A stretch of 39,701 nucleotides of DNA, taken from Chiloscyllium plagiosum. Taxonomy: Eukaryota. The stretch lies in NCBI RefSeq assembly GCF_004010195.1, contig NC_057711.1:79150500-79190200 (forward strand). The letters run 5' to 3'. The notes beneath the pieces are model-generated. The model saw only the letters and a list, made by a program, of their open reading frames with translations, ran no database searches and was not told the origin of the DNA. Of the stretch, positions 23,822-33,869 are shown one piece after another; position 1 is the first letter of the stretch; the number at the start of each line of letters is the position of its first letter. A program made the translations under genes and the position numbers.

Positions 23822-24518
23822 AGCCTTCAGGACAACACCGTATACCCTGTCATGTCAACCACTGCAAGCTGTGCAGAGTGTCGACATAGATACCATCATT
23901 ACACATAGGGACACCTCCCACCATGTACACGACAGGTACTCATGTGACTCAGCCAACGTTGTCTATCTCATATGCTACAGGCAAGGATTACCTGAGGCAT
24001 GGTACATTGGCGAGACCAAAGAGACATTACGAAATGGATGAATAGACACTGGGATGTTCCCTCCCTGTCGGGGAACACTTCAGTGGAACCCCCCTATGGG
24101 GTGAATTTGCATTTGCAGAATTGTATTTACAGATACATTCTATTTTTTCTCAAAAAACACACAACTTGCAAGCATTCAGTGCAGGCAGTCAATCCATATC
24201 ACATTTTATAAATTCCTACTTTGGAAATAGGACCAGTCTGACTCAAGTTTGGGATATAGGCAGGCTCTAATCTCACACCTTCAATGCATTGTCTGAGTTG
24301 AGAGGTCACCTTTTTTTATATAAAACCTTAAGTTATCTCAAGAATGTGATTTAAAAGAAGTTCTGGGATTTACGTATCAATGAACTGAAACCTGCAGCCC
24401 ATTCTAAAAGATGAAAGACTTAACAGCAATCTAGGTTTGTTCAATATATCGTTTTAATTGCATGACATTGTGATCTTTTGCTATAAATTCTGTGTCTTAT
24501 GATCCTGCCTCACTAGTT

Positions 24519-24551
24519 ATCTGATGAATGAGGAGTTCTCTGAAAGCTAGT
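24519..24551 (+). ncRNA. Degenerate minimal hammerhead in the PLE 3' terminal repeat
   Basis: AT-CTGATGA-ATGAGGAGTTCTCT-GAAA-GCTA-GT, then AATAAA at 24559-24564. Same sense as the GIY-YIG frame. Confidence 0.6.
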
Positions 24552-25782
24552 ACTTCCAAATAAACCTGTTGGACTATAACCTGGTGTTGTGTGATTTTTG
24601 AATATAGGATGAGCTGAATGGCCTCTTCCTGTGATGTAAATGTGTATGAGTCAATGAGTCTATGCATTAATATACTGCCTAGTTCAAGCATGAAAAATGC
24701 CAACTGGAGCAAAGTGAAAAGTGGACAAAAATGATTTGCACTTCAAGAACAGCTGGATAAGAATCCAAACAAAGGGAAAAATGTTCTTGAAAAGAAATAA
24801 ACCAAATGTGCAATGCAAGTGTTGTACTGAATGATGTTTCAAAACTAAAAGAAGCAAACAGAAACTTAAAACAGTAAGCCACCTACGCGAGAAATAACTA
24901 TGAATTGATGTTAACAATTGAAGCTTGAGGGAGTAATTGTGAAAAAAGGACATGAATCAGATACAATAGATACTACCTGAATTTTTTCACCTGCCTAAAC
25001 AGCTAAACCTTTGTTTGTAAAGTCATTAATGTTGTCCTATATGTGAAGTTTTCTCATTCTGCTTAATGATTCCTAAGTTGACAGACTGGAAAACATAATT
25101 GACTCTCCTTTCATTTTCTTACTCTGCTCATCATTTCTTTCTGTGAAGTATCCGCCTGAAATCAGTGCTTTAATTTTCAGGTATTTAACAATTCATTTAG
25201 GAAGTAGCTCCGTGCACTAGGAATCCTGGCGGAATCCATTTCATTCAATCACCACCTGGGAGATGGAGTAATGACTTTATTACATTCCAGGGAAAGGCAC
25301 AGAGCACAATTTGACTCTAAATTAATTGAATATCTGTTTCCAAAGTCGTGGGTGTAGGACTTTTGCAGCTGATATCCTATCTCTCTGGGGAATAAACATT
25401 ACCATAGGACATTGAAAAGCTTAATCTGTCTCAGCCTATATGCCCATGTATCAGTTTCATCAAGAAAAGAAGCACTATCTAAATCTAAACAAAATGTTCA
25501 GAGATTTTAGTTAGATCTGAGCTGCCAAAACATCAACAATCTCAGAACTGTCTATTCGCTTCCACAACCTATTGAGCCAACATTTCATCAAATTACTGGG
25601 AGCTATAATGAATTATTGCTTAAAATATGGCATCATCATTGAACTGCATACTATTCTTTTCAAATATGTCCCTCAGTAAATAATAATGTTGAAATTGAGA
25701 AGTTTTTGTGAACCTCGTTTATTACCTTTTGGGAAAGCACTCTTATTGACACAAAATAAATCCTCACTTCTATCTCAACTAC

Positions 25783-25880
25783 AACTGAAAAAGGGTCACA
25801 TTGGAATCAAGATGTTAACTTGGTTTCTCTATCCATAGATGCTGCCAGACCTGCCAACTTTCTCTAGTTTTGTTTTCTGG
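25783..25880 (+). mobile_element. Older PLE-terminus-derived repeat with an eroded HHR
   Basis: CTGAAAAAGGGTCACATTGGAATCAAGATGTTAAC...TCCATAGATGCTGCCAGACCTG. Confidence 0.6.
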
Positions 25881-25904
25881 TAAGGTCCTTTTTGTTTACC
25901 ATGC

Positions 25905-26480
25905 AAACTGTGAGGAGGATGGAGTTAAACATCAAACTGACATTGACCAGTTTGGCAGATTGGGCTGAAGGTGGTAAATGAGTTCAATGAGAAGAATGTA
26001 TGAGGTGATATAGTTTGCAAGATACATACAGAGCAACATTATAAAACAAAAGGTGTTATTGTAGAGAGCATTTCAGAGCAGAGACAATTGTGTGTATATG
26101 TGAATAAATCATTAAAGGTGTCAGTGCAGGTGGAAAGAGCAGTTAGTAATGTATATTAAGAGGTTTTGTTAGTAGAGTATAAGAGCAGGGAGGTTATGCT
26201 GAACCTGTATAAGATACTAGTTAGATTTCAGTTAGAGTAAATGTGTGCAGTTCTGGGGGCCATACTTTAGGAATAGTATGAATGCTTGGAAAGAGTGCAG
26301 AATAATTTTACAAGCATGATTCAGGGATGAAACATTTGAGTGGTAAAGATAGATTGAGGTCGTTGGTCTATTTTTCTAGGAGTGAAGAGGCTGGGAGAAG
26401 ATTTGATTACAGTTTTTGAAATCATGAGAAGTCTAGACAGTACAGACTGGGAGAAACTGTTTGTAAAAGGTTCCCCGTTG
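25905..26480 (+). mobile_element. Old CR1 RT C-terminal fragment
   Basis: QTDIDQ..DWA...EFN, EQRQLCVYVNKSLKVSVQVERAV, VMLNLYKILVR.QLE, CVQFWGPYFR. Confidence 0.8.
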
Positions 26481-26484
26481 AGAG

Positions 26485-26752
26485 ATATGATGGCTCAGTG
26501 ATTAGTGCTGATGCCCCACACTGCCAGGTGCCCAGGTTTGATTCCAGCCTTGAATGACTGTCTGTATGGAATTTGCACATTCTCTCTGAAATTGGTAAAT
26601 TGACCACGGTGTGCAGGTGAGGTGGATTAGACATGGTAAATGTTGGGTTATTGGAGTAGGGTTGGGGGAGCTGGGTCTGGGGGGTGTTCTTTGGAGGGTT
26701 GATGTAGACTTGTTAGGTTGAATGACCTCTTTCCACACTGTAGAGATTCTAT
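26485..26752 (+). mobile_element. HE1-type V-SINE, internally deleted
   Basis: ATGATGGCTCAGTGATTAGTGCTG head, GACTGTCTGTATGGAATTTGCACATTCTC, tail TTCCACACTGTAGAGATTCTATGA. Confidence 0.85.
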
Positions 26753-26787
26753 GAGAGGGCATACATGTAAAAGTCAGTTTTTTCAAA

Positions 26788-27060
26788 TTCATTCATATGT
26801 GGTGGGCATCACTGGCTAGTCCAGCATTTATCACCCATGCCTAAATGCCTAAAGAGTAGTTAAGAGTCAATGGCTCAACATGAGCTTGGACTCACATGTA
26901 GGCCAGACCAGATAAGGACGGCAAATTTCTTTTCTTAAAGGACATTAATAAATCAGAGTCACATGGAAGCCATTTGGCTAGTTTGTTTTTAATTCTAAAG
27001 TTTTTATCAAACCCAAATTTCACCACCTACCCTAGCAGGGTTCTGCATTATCAGCCCAGT
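26788..27060 (-). mobile_element. SINE sharing its 3' tail with the second LINE family
   Basis: Minus strand TAATGTCCTTTAAGAAAAGAAATTTGCCGTCCTTATCTGGTCTGGCCTACATGTGAG...ATAAATGCTGG..AGCCAGTGATGCCCAC. Homologous to 36175-36566. Confidence 0.7.
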
Positions 27061-27544
27061 GGCATCATCACAATGCCATTGCTCTCCAGGATGTAAGAAA
27101 GAGCTTGTGACTGCTTCATCTCCAAAGGTATTGCCTGAAATTGTGGTGGTGATGGGTTCAGATGAAGATATAGGTGATTGTTTCTATTCAAATAATGTTC
27201 AAGGTTGTGGGAAAAGGGCAGAAAAATGGCAACAGGTCATGCTGCTCATTCAGGGAGCAGGTGCAAACAATATGTGGCCTCCATCTGCACTTTAACACTT
27301 CTGTATTTCTGTGGATTTATGCTGTGAGGACGCATTTTGTTCTTTTAAACTCAGTATGTGAACAAAATGATGGTAATGACACACAACCCTGAGTGATAGA
27401 GTGCCTGTGTGCAATGTTCAAGTTAATACTGTATATGTTACAACACATACATGCTTCTTGCCTTACCTTCTTGTATCCTGAGGTTACACATGGTTTAAAC
27501 TGAGTGAATGGACCAATGTTAAAAATTAATAGTAACTCATCTAA

Positions 27545-27868
27545 CCTCCTTCAGCAGTACCTTCCAAATCTGTAACCTCTACTGTTTGGAATGACAAGGA
27601 TAACAGATGCGTGGGGATATGATCACTTGCCAGTCCCTCTCCAAGCTACTCACCATTCTGATTTGGAACTCAATAGCTATTCTTTCAGTTTCACCAGATC
27701 AAAGTCCTGGACCTCCCTCTCTAACTGCACTGTTGCTATCCCATGTAACAAGAACTAAAGCAGTTCAAGAAAGCAGCTAACCATCACTTTCTCCAGGGTA
27801 ATTAGGTATAGGTGATAAGCGCTGGCCTAGCCAGTGATGCCCACTTCTCATGAATAAATTTTTAAAAA
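27545..27868 (+). mobile_element. 3' end of the second CR1-clade LINE family
   Basis: QQYLPNL...SKSWTSLSNCTV...QFKKAANHHFLQGN*, then GCTGGCCTAGCCAGTGATGCCCAC tail. Confidence 0.78.
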
Positions 27869-27882
27869 TCAATCTGCAGTTG

Positions 27883-28052
27883 TCCATTTCATTTTCCTAA
27901 CCTACACATTCCATAGGCTAATTTTTATCCTTTTGGAAGCTGTTGTGTTGTATCTCACTTGTTTAGATCCATTTCATTTTCCTAACCTACACATTCTATA
28001 GGCTAATTTTTATCCTTTTGGAAGCTGTTGTGTTGTATCTCACTTGTTTAGA
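27883..28052. repeat. 85-bp direct tandem duplication
   Basis: 27883-27967 and 27968-28052 differ at one position (CCATAGG vs CTATAGG). Confidence 0.97.
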
Positions 28053-28389
28053 TTCCCATTTAAGTTAGAAAAGCATAAGGAATACACATGACCCTGTCTC
28101 ACCCTTCACAGTAGTGGTTTTGTAAGGAGCAGGAAAGGGTTTGTTCCTTATAAGCACAAACAGAGATTTAGTATCAGATTGAAACCTGACCTGTCCAGGC
28201 ACCCTGAGACTCTGCTCCCGTGCTACAAAAGGCTCTAGCCAGGAGTAGGTTAGAGTGGGGTGTTGAGGAGGGGTAGCTCTTATTATAAGTATGTGTTATT
28301 GTGTTGTACAGACAATATCTGATCAACCACATATTATCTATCTTATAACTTACATGGAAATTGAGAGAGGTACAGAATGAATGGTTGTA

Positions 28390-28596
28390 CAGTTGATTTG
28401 AAATAACGCGATAGTCCATTCTTGTGTTATAAGAAAATCACGCAATAGCCACTTCATTTAAACTAATGGGGCTGGAATTGCGTTATAGCCAATACAGGTA
28501 AGGAAAGTTCATGTTCTACAAATAATGGTCTAAATTCTTCAATCGCATTAAAGCCCATTTGCATTGAAGAAACAAACATTATAGCAGAACTGACTG
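28390..28596. mobile_element. Tigger/pogo-like MITE
   Basis: TA|CAGTTGATTTGAAATAACG ... CATTATAGCAGAACTGACTG|TA. Degenerate terminal inverted repeats with TA flanks. Confidence 0.65.
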
Positions 28597-28849
28597 TATC
28601 AATATTGTCTATTTCACTCAGAGTTAAAATTACCTACAAATCCACCAACGCCAGCCTTGTATCTAAGATTTGTACCTAGGTACTTTTACCTAATTGGTGC
28701 CATAAGAGGTAACATTGTAAAACTTTTCACTGTACACCTGTTCTCTGTACTTTAGTACACATGACAGTAAAGGATATTCTATTCCATTCTACAGAGAAGC
28801 TCTGGGAAACCAGGATGTGAGTTAAGCCACAATATTGATGTAACTGATT

Positions 28850-29330
28850 ACACTTCTCGTCAATGTTTATTCTGTTGATGGTTACATAATAGTAATGCTG
28901 TTGAATTTCAAGAGGAGATCTTTCATGTCTTTGTTTTTGGAGGTAGTTGATTTTATGTAGTGCAAATGTTATCTGGCATTTATGAAGTCAATTCTGAATG
29001 TTGTCCAATCTTTCTGTTTACATCTTGGATTGTTTCATTTGCAAACACCGAAAGGTGAATTTAAATTGTAAATAGCAGTGGTCCCAGCATTGATCCTTGT
29101 GGAACACCACTTCACACCTTCTCCACTCTAAGTAATTTTCTTTCATTTACTCTGCTTCCTGTCTTGAAGCTAGTGAACAACTCAAGCTGTTACTTGTACC
29201 CTGACTGCATATTCTCTGACCTGGTTCATTAAGTGGCACCTTATTGAAGGCATTTTGAAAGTCCAGAGAAGATTGATTGAGCAACGTTTTCCCTTTTGAA
29301 ACCCCTGATGCCTATTTATTACCATATTTC
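28850..29330 (-). mobile_element. Degenerate CR1-clade RT fragments
   Basis: Minus strand LDFQNAFNKVP and GVPQGSMLGPLLF (29060-29270), plus DNIQ...QITFALHK...LKFNSITI (28860-29040). Confidence 0.7.
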
Positions 29331-29729
29331 TCATTTCTATGTGTATGCCTTTCGACAAAAAAAATGATTAGATGAATATGATCCAGGTTTTTAAAAGATA
29401 CAAATGTCAGCAAAATATGACTCAGACAAAACAGGCATGTTTAAAATTAACAAGCTGCAAGAATAAAGATGTGTGGAAAGAATAGAAACTGAGTGGAGTA
29501 CATTTTCAGCAAAACAATAGGTCTATAGAATTTTACAATCATACAGCACAGAAGGAAAGCTTCAGCTCATTGTGTTTGTGCCAATTCTTTAAAAGAGCTA
29601 CTCAATTAATGTTCCAGCATTGGATAATTGTTTCTAATAGGGACTGGATAATTACCTGGTTGAGAATCAGATAGTGAATTATAAGGATCTGTATAGGCTG
29701 AGCATTTCACAGTATATGATGGTTCCTGA

Positions 29730-29830
29730 TGGCTCTTGTGGTACAGTGATAGTATTTTCAACCTCTGAGCCAGGAGATCCGACAAGTCCCAACATACTGT
29801 GAAAATGCATCACAGCATATCTGAGCAGGA
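29730..29830 (+). mobile_element. Short tRNA-derived SINE
   Basis: GGCTCTTGTGGTACAGTGATAGT..ACCTCTGAGCCAGGAG..CAAGTCCCA. Homologous to 10018-10140. Confidence 0.7.
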
Positions 29831-30179
29831 CAGTTCAAAGGATTTATCGTGAGTCCTGTGTTGCTGTCCTATTGGATCCTGTGGAACACAGCCTGCCATT
29901 GTTGAATAGTTAAAGTCTGACAATGAGCTGACATGCTTCTGTTTTGATTTACTTTCATTGGGTATCATTATTTATGTTGCAACTTCCATGGATTAAGAAT
30001 AGGATAAAGATTGAGTGGATAGCAAAAGGAGAAAAATGGTGGGTTGAAGGATCTTTTCTTGCATCATGTTTGTTGGATTTGGTTCCTTAAAACAGCAGTG
30101 TGTAACAACTTTTAAAAAGCATTTCATATATCTATATCTACATCAAGACATTAAGATGGAAGTGTTCCAACTTTCAAAA

Positions 30180-30700
30180 TAGAGACTGTGCTGCAGTTAC
30201 CGTAAATTTGTAATCCTGGTAATTGTGTTAGCATCAGTGCACATAGACTACTGCAGTGCAAGCCAGCAGCTGTCTAATTGCAATTTTGTAATTAATAATT
30301 ACACAGTAGAAAATGATTTGCAATTAGCTCCTCCTAAATCATAATTTAAACAGTCAAAATTACACTACAAACAGCAGTGTAATTAAAACATTTCTGTAGA
30401 GTGCTTATTTAAACCTCATTCAGTTCAGAGAATTTCTCAATCACATTCTTCAGCTGAATCATACACTTAATTAGTCTTTAGTACTCAGAGGAAATTGGCT
30501 TTATTCAATAAGTGTCAATAATGCCAAACAAATGTAAATGTTACATTGACAGGTTGCTGCAATCTTTATCATACGTTTATTTAATGGTAATTGAATTCCA
30601 GACAGCATTTTAATGAGATAAGCTGAGTTTTTCTTGGCATGCATGTACTGAATTGAAAATCTTTGAAACTGGAGGAAATAGTTCTTTGTTCTCCACAGCA
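30180..30700. promoter_or_regulatory. Candidate conserved non-coding element (enhancer-like)
   Basis: No recognisable repeat. Dense TAAT/ATTA homeodomain cores (CTAATTG, GTAATTAATAATTAC, CAATTAG, GTAATTAA, CTTAATTAG), plus TTGACAG and TAAATCA. Conservation inferred only. Confidence 0.45.
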
Positions 30701-30984
30701 TTGTTCCTATTAAGGTCTTAATCGTTCATCATCTTAATAAAATACAAAGAATAAGTCCATTATGAAACATTTTTTCAGCAAGATCATTAACAATAGTAAT
30801 AAAGTACATATGGTGTCTCTAAAATAATATGCAGCTCAGTTAAATCAGACATGACTACAAACCTATATTTTCATGAATCATTTTGTTTCTCTGACAGAAT
30901 TCAACTATAAAATTGAAGCTTCAGCAGTAAGGGGATACGATGCTGTACCTCAGCAATAGGGAAACTTCGCAGATTCGAATAGGA

Positions 30985-31049
30985 ACGAGCTGTGAATAGT
31001 TCGCAGGTCGGTGCAACATCGAGGGCCGAAGGGCCTGTTCTGCACTGTA
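30985..31049 (+). mobile_element. Extreme 3' tail of a young CR1
   Basis: GCAACATCGAGGGCCGAAGGGCCTGTTCTGCACTGTATTGTTCTATGTTCTATGTTC, nearly identical to 15797-15856. Confidence 0.9.
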
Positions 31050-31094
31050 TTGTTCTATGTTCTATGTTCACAATGCTTATCTCTGCAGTGAAGA

Positions 31095-31487
31095 AAAAAG
31101 TTCCATTAATACAGCATCTCTCACAATCTCAGGACAACAGAAAATGCTTTGGTGCCAATTTAATCGTTTGCACTGTAATCACTGTTCTAATATAGCAAAT
31201 ATTAAAGCCAGTTTACAAACAGCAATAAAATAAATGAGTAAACTGTCATTTTTCTGTGGTGTCGGTTGAGGAATAAATATTGGTAGACTTCTGTTCAAAA
31301 TAGTGCTTTGCATCATTTACATCCACATGAGGAAGCAAATCTAACCTTGATATAATGTTCCAGAGAGCCACATGCCATCACATTACAGTGAAGATCCACC
31401 AACATCATGTGCTCTCTTTATTTTATAGTGGGACCTGAGCTGCTAACCTTCTGATTTAGAGATTAGAATATCAGTTCTGAACCAATG
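31095..31487 (-). mobile_element. Deu-domain SINE (SacSINE1/AmnSINE-like), degenerate
   Basis: Minus strand TCAGAAGGTT..GGTCCCACT head, GTGGATGTAAATGATGC..GCACTATTTTGAA, CCAATATTTATTCCTCAACC, AAAGCATTTT..GTCCTGAGATTGTGAGAGATGCTGTAT tail. Confidence 0.75.
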
Positions 31488-31895
31488 CTGCGAATCTCCT
31501 CGCGCCTCAGCTATCTGTAGAGTATCTATTTATCCTCTTATCAATGCTATGTGACAGGTCTGATGTAACACCTTTTTGTTTATCTGGTTCCATGAACTTT
31601 ATTACACATGTTTGAACAGATGGCTGTTAACATGCTTGCAATCTGTACTGGTAAAATTTACCCTGGCATATATTTACCCTTTCAAAAGGCTTTTGAACTT
31701 TTGCAGCCATTGCATTGCATGTTTACAGGCCTTAACATTTTTCAAATGTATTTCTATTTATTTCTAACATCTGTTCAAATATTCCAAAGCATTTTGAAAA
31801 TATTTGTTAAAAATTTAAAACGTTACATATTAAGACATTTGTGCACTAACTTATTGTGTTTCGCTTTCATGGATATAGTATTCATAACTTAAGGA

Positions 31896-31995
31896 TAAAA
31901 ATCACACAACACCAAGTTATAGTCTAACAGGTTTATTTGGAAGCACTAGCTTTCAGAATGCTGCTCCTTCATCAGGTTTTAAGAGCACATCCAAA
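31896..31995 (-). mobile_element. Mini insertion of the Neptune-type PLE terminus with a hammerhead and a perfect 14-bp TSD
   Basis: TCATAACTTAAGGA at 31882-31895 and 31996-32009. The body is the reverse complement of 24519-24599. Confidence 0.92.
31944..31978 (-). ncRNA. Minimal type I hammerhead ribozyme (PLE type)
   Basis: Minus strand AC-CUGAUGA-A-GGAG CAGCA UUCU-GAAA-G-CUA-GU. Core intact, palindromic AGCU, AC/GU stem I, weakened stem II. Confidence 0.68.
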
Positions 31996-32094
31996 TCATA
32001 ACTTAAGGAAGCACTGGAGCAAACTCCATTATTTTATGCTCTTATCCTTGTTAATAATTCCCATCTCTCTTGTTTACTTGCATCAATGTTATTA

Positions 32095-32286
32095 CAGGCA
32101 ATCCCCAGGCTGCAAATTGATTCTGTTCCTAAGTCTGTTCAGTCAATTTTAACGCAAAACTAGGTACAATGCAGGACAATATAAAATAGCCATTTGTAAG
32201 TACAGAAAATATGCCAGATTATTAAAATTACACCCCTGCACGGGATTATATTTGCAAGTATGAGTATTCGTAAATTGGACCCCCTG
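32095..32286. mobile_element. Tigger/pogo-like MITE
   Basis: TA|CAGGCAATCCCC ... GGACCCCCTG|TA. Same family as 5033-5243 in the opposite orientation. Confidence 0.78.
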
Positions 32287-33113
32287 TATCCAACAACAGA
32301 GACAGTTAATTTTGAAAGTTCTGTTTAGTTAATCTGTTTAACAGGTCAAGCAAATATTCAGCTAAAGGATTTATGTACGTTTGCAGATATAACATTGACT
32401 TTGGTATAAAGTATTGCAAGAATGGAGCTTATAAGAAGATTGGGTAGGGAGGATGACCTCACTTGATTTTCTATCCATTTAAAATAATATGAGGGAAGTC
32501 AAGTGACTACACTACTCATGTATGATTAATTTAATCTGATTTCCCAGTATTTACTTTATATCCAATCACTAAAAAGAAAACACTGCCCAGCATCTTGAGA
32601 TTTCACAAGTTTTAAGAGCACATAAAAGGGTGCATTTTACATATTTGCTCCCTGACAGACAAAGCTCTGTTCCTGATGCAATAATGTATCACAATTTCCC
32701 AATGATGCCCATGTGACCTTGTTGCAGACTGTGTGAAAATTCATTATACAGCATTGCTGCACAAAACCAACCCTTATGTGATTTCAGTAAGGGGTGCGTT
32801 TCAGTGAGCCACAGCTTAAATTTGGACTTTATGACAAAACTAAGTATTCAAAAGAGTTGTTTAGATAATTAATATATATGCCTGGCAGCCTCTGCATTAA
32901 ACTGGGGAGGGATAATATTGCAGAATGCAGCCATGAAATAAACAGTTCAGTCAAATCCACTTTTGCTCAGGAACACAGAATATCAGCTTTATCATTTTCT
33001 GCTTTGCAACCAACAACTGTTAGTTTTCTAGTTAACATTCATCCTGTTTTCATCCTCTTTCTCTGCATTTATAGGAGTAATTGCCTGAATTGCATCATTT
33101 CATGAAGTACCAT

Positions 33114-33230
33114 GGGTTCTTGTGGCACTGTGCTGATGTCCTGCCTCTGAGCCAAGTGATCCACATTCAAGTCCCCTCTCGTCCAGAGCTGTGCAATAGC
33201 ATCTCTGAACAGGTTGATTCGAAAATATCT
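33114..33230 (+). mobile_element. Short tRNA-derived SINE
   Basis: GGGTTCTTGTGGCACTGTG..CCTCTGAGCCAAG..TTCAAGTCCC..ATCTCTGAACAGGTTGATTCGAAAATATCT. Confidence 0.75.
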
Positions 33231-33267
33231 GAAGTATTATAATAAGTACCATAACCTTGGAAATTAA

Positions 33268-33497
33268 GAGGTAAAGTCACCAGTGCCTTACCAGACTACA
33301 ACATTGCTCTCTCAATCGAGAGGGAGATAGAAAGAACTGGTGGCTTAATTTGAGGGGCAGCATTCCTCAATGAGGGGCGGAGTCGAGAAGGAAAGTCTTT
33401 CATCATAACCTCAGCTGGTGCAGGGACTGAACCCATGCTGTTGGTATTATTCTGCAATGGAAACCAGCCATCCAGCCAGTTGAACTAACTGAACCCC
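33268..33497 (-). mobile_element. tRNA-derived SINE, near full length
   Basis: Minus strand GGGGTTCAGTTAGTTCAACTGGCTGGATGGCTGGTTT A-box, GGGTTCAGTCCC B-box, ends ...GTGACTTTACC. Confidence 0.8.
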
Positions 33498-33869
33498 AAG
33501 GGATATGCTGCCAGCAATCCTCAAATTCTATAATCATCACCTTCTGTCTGGTAAGTTTACAAGACAGCTTAGCTTTAACTAGCTATAACAATGCAGCTCT
33601 GACATTTTCAAGCACAATGAACAGGTACATGAAGTAATTAGATTCAAGCTTGGAACTTCTGGAGAGAATGGGTGTGTGTTCTGAGCTGGCAATACAGTAT
33701 CACAATGCAGCATTCTCCTGGACAATATGCATAAATACTAAAGTTACCCTTTAAATTTGTATTATACTGCAACAATGAGAGTATTTAAAATTCCTCTGGG
33801 TGTTCTTTTCATTGATTGCATGTATTATTTATATACATATAATATTTATATACATATATGTGCAATCAT

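Larger units (their letters stand above)
23258..24597 (+). mobile_element. 5'-truncated Penelope-like element (Neptune-type) with an inverted terminal repeat and a 15-bp TSD
   Basis: PLLAFKQPPNLKQTIV..KLPSL, PCHVNHCKLC Cys motif, YSCDSANVVYLIC..QG..EAWYIGET GIY-YIG. 23296-23456 is the inverted copy of 24437-24599. TSD TTGAGTATAGGATGA (23243-23257) / TTGAATATAGGATGA (24598-24612). Confidence 0.92.
22390..24665 (+). mobile_element. CR1 3' portion; its 3'UTR is split by the PLE at 23258-24597
   Basis: SK.FAGDMK, LQEDINRVISWAK**QMEFNTEKCE, LEYCMQF.SP.YRKD, TRGHTFKV. The 3'UTR resumes at 24613 (GCTGAATGGCCTCTTCCTGTG). Confidence 0.88.

Noticed and set aside
30960..31006. Short hairpin CTGTGAA-TAG-TTCGCAG and repeated TTCGCAG at the CR1 tail junction
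   Set aside because: May simply be part of this CR1 subfamily's 3'UTR. Too short to claim snap-back synthesis.
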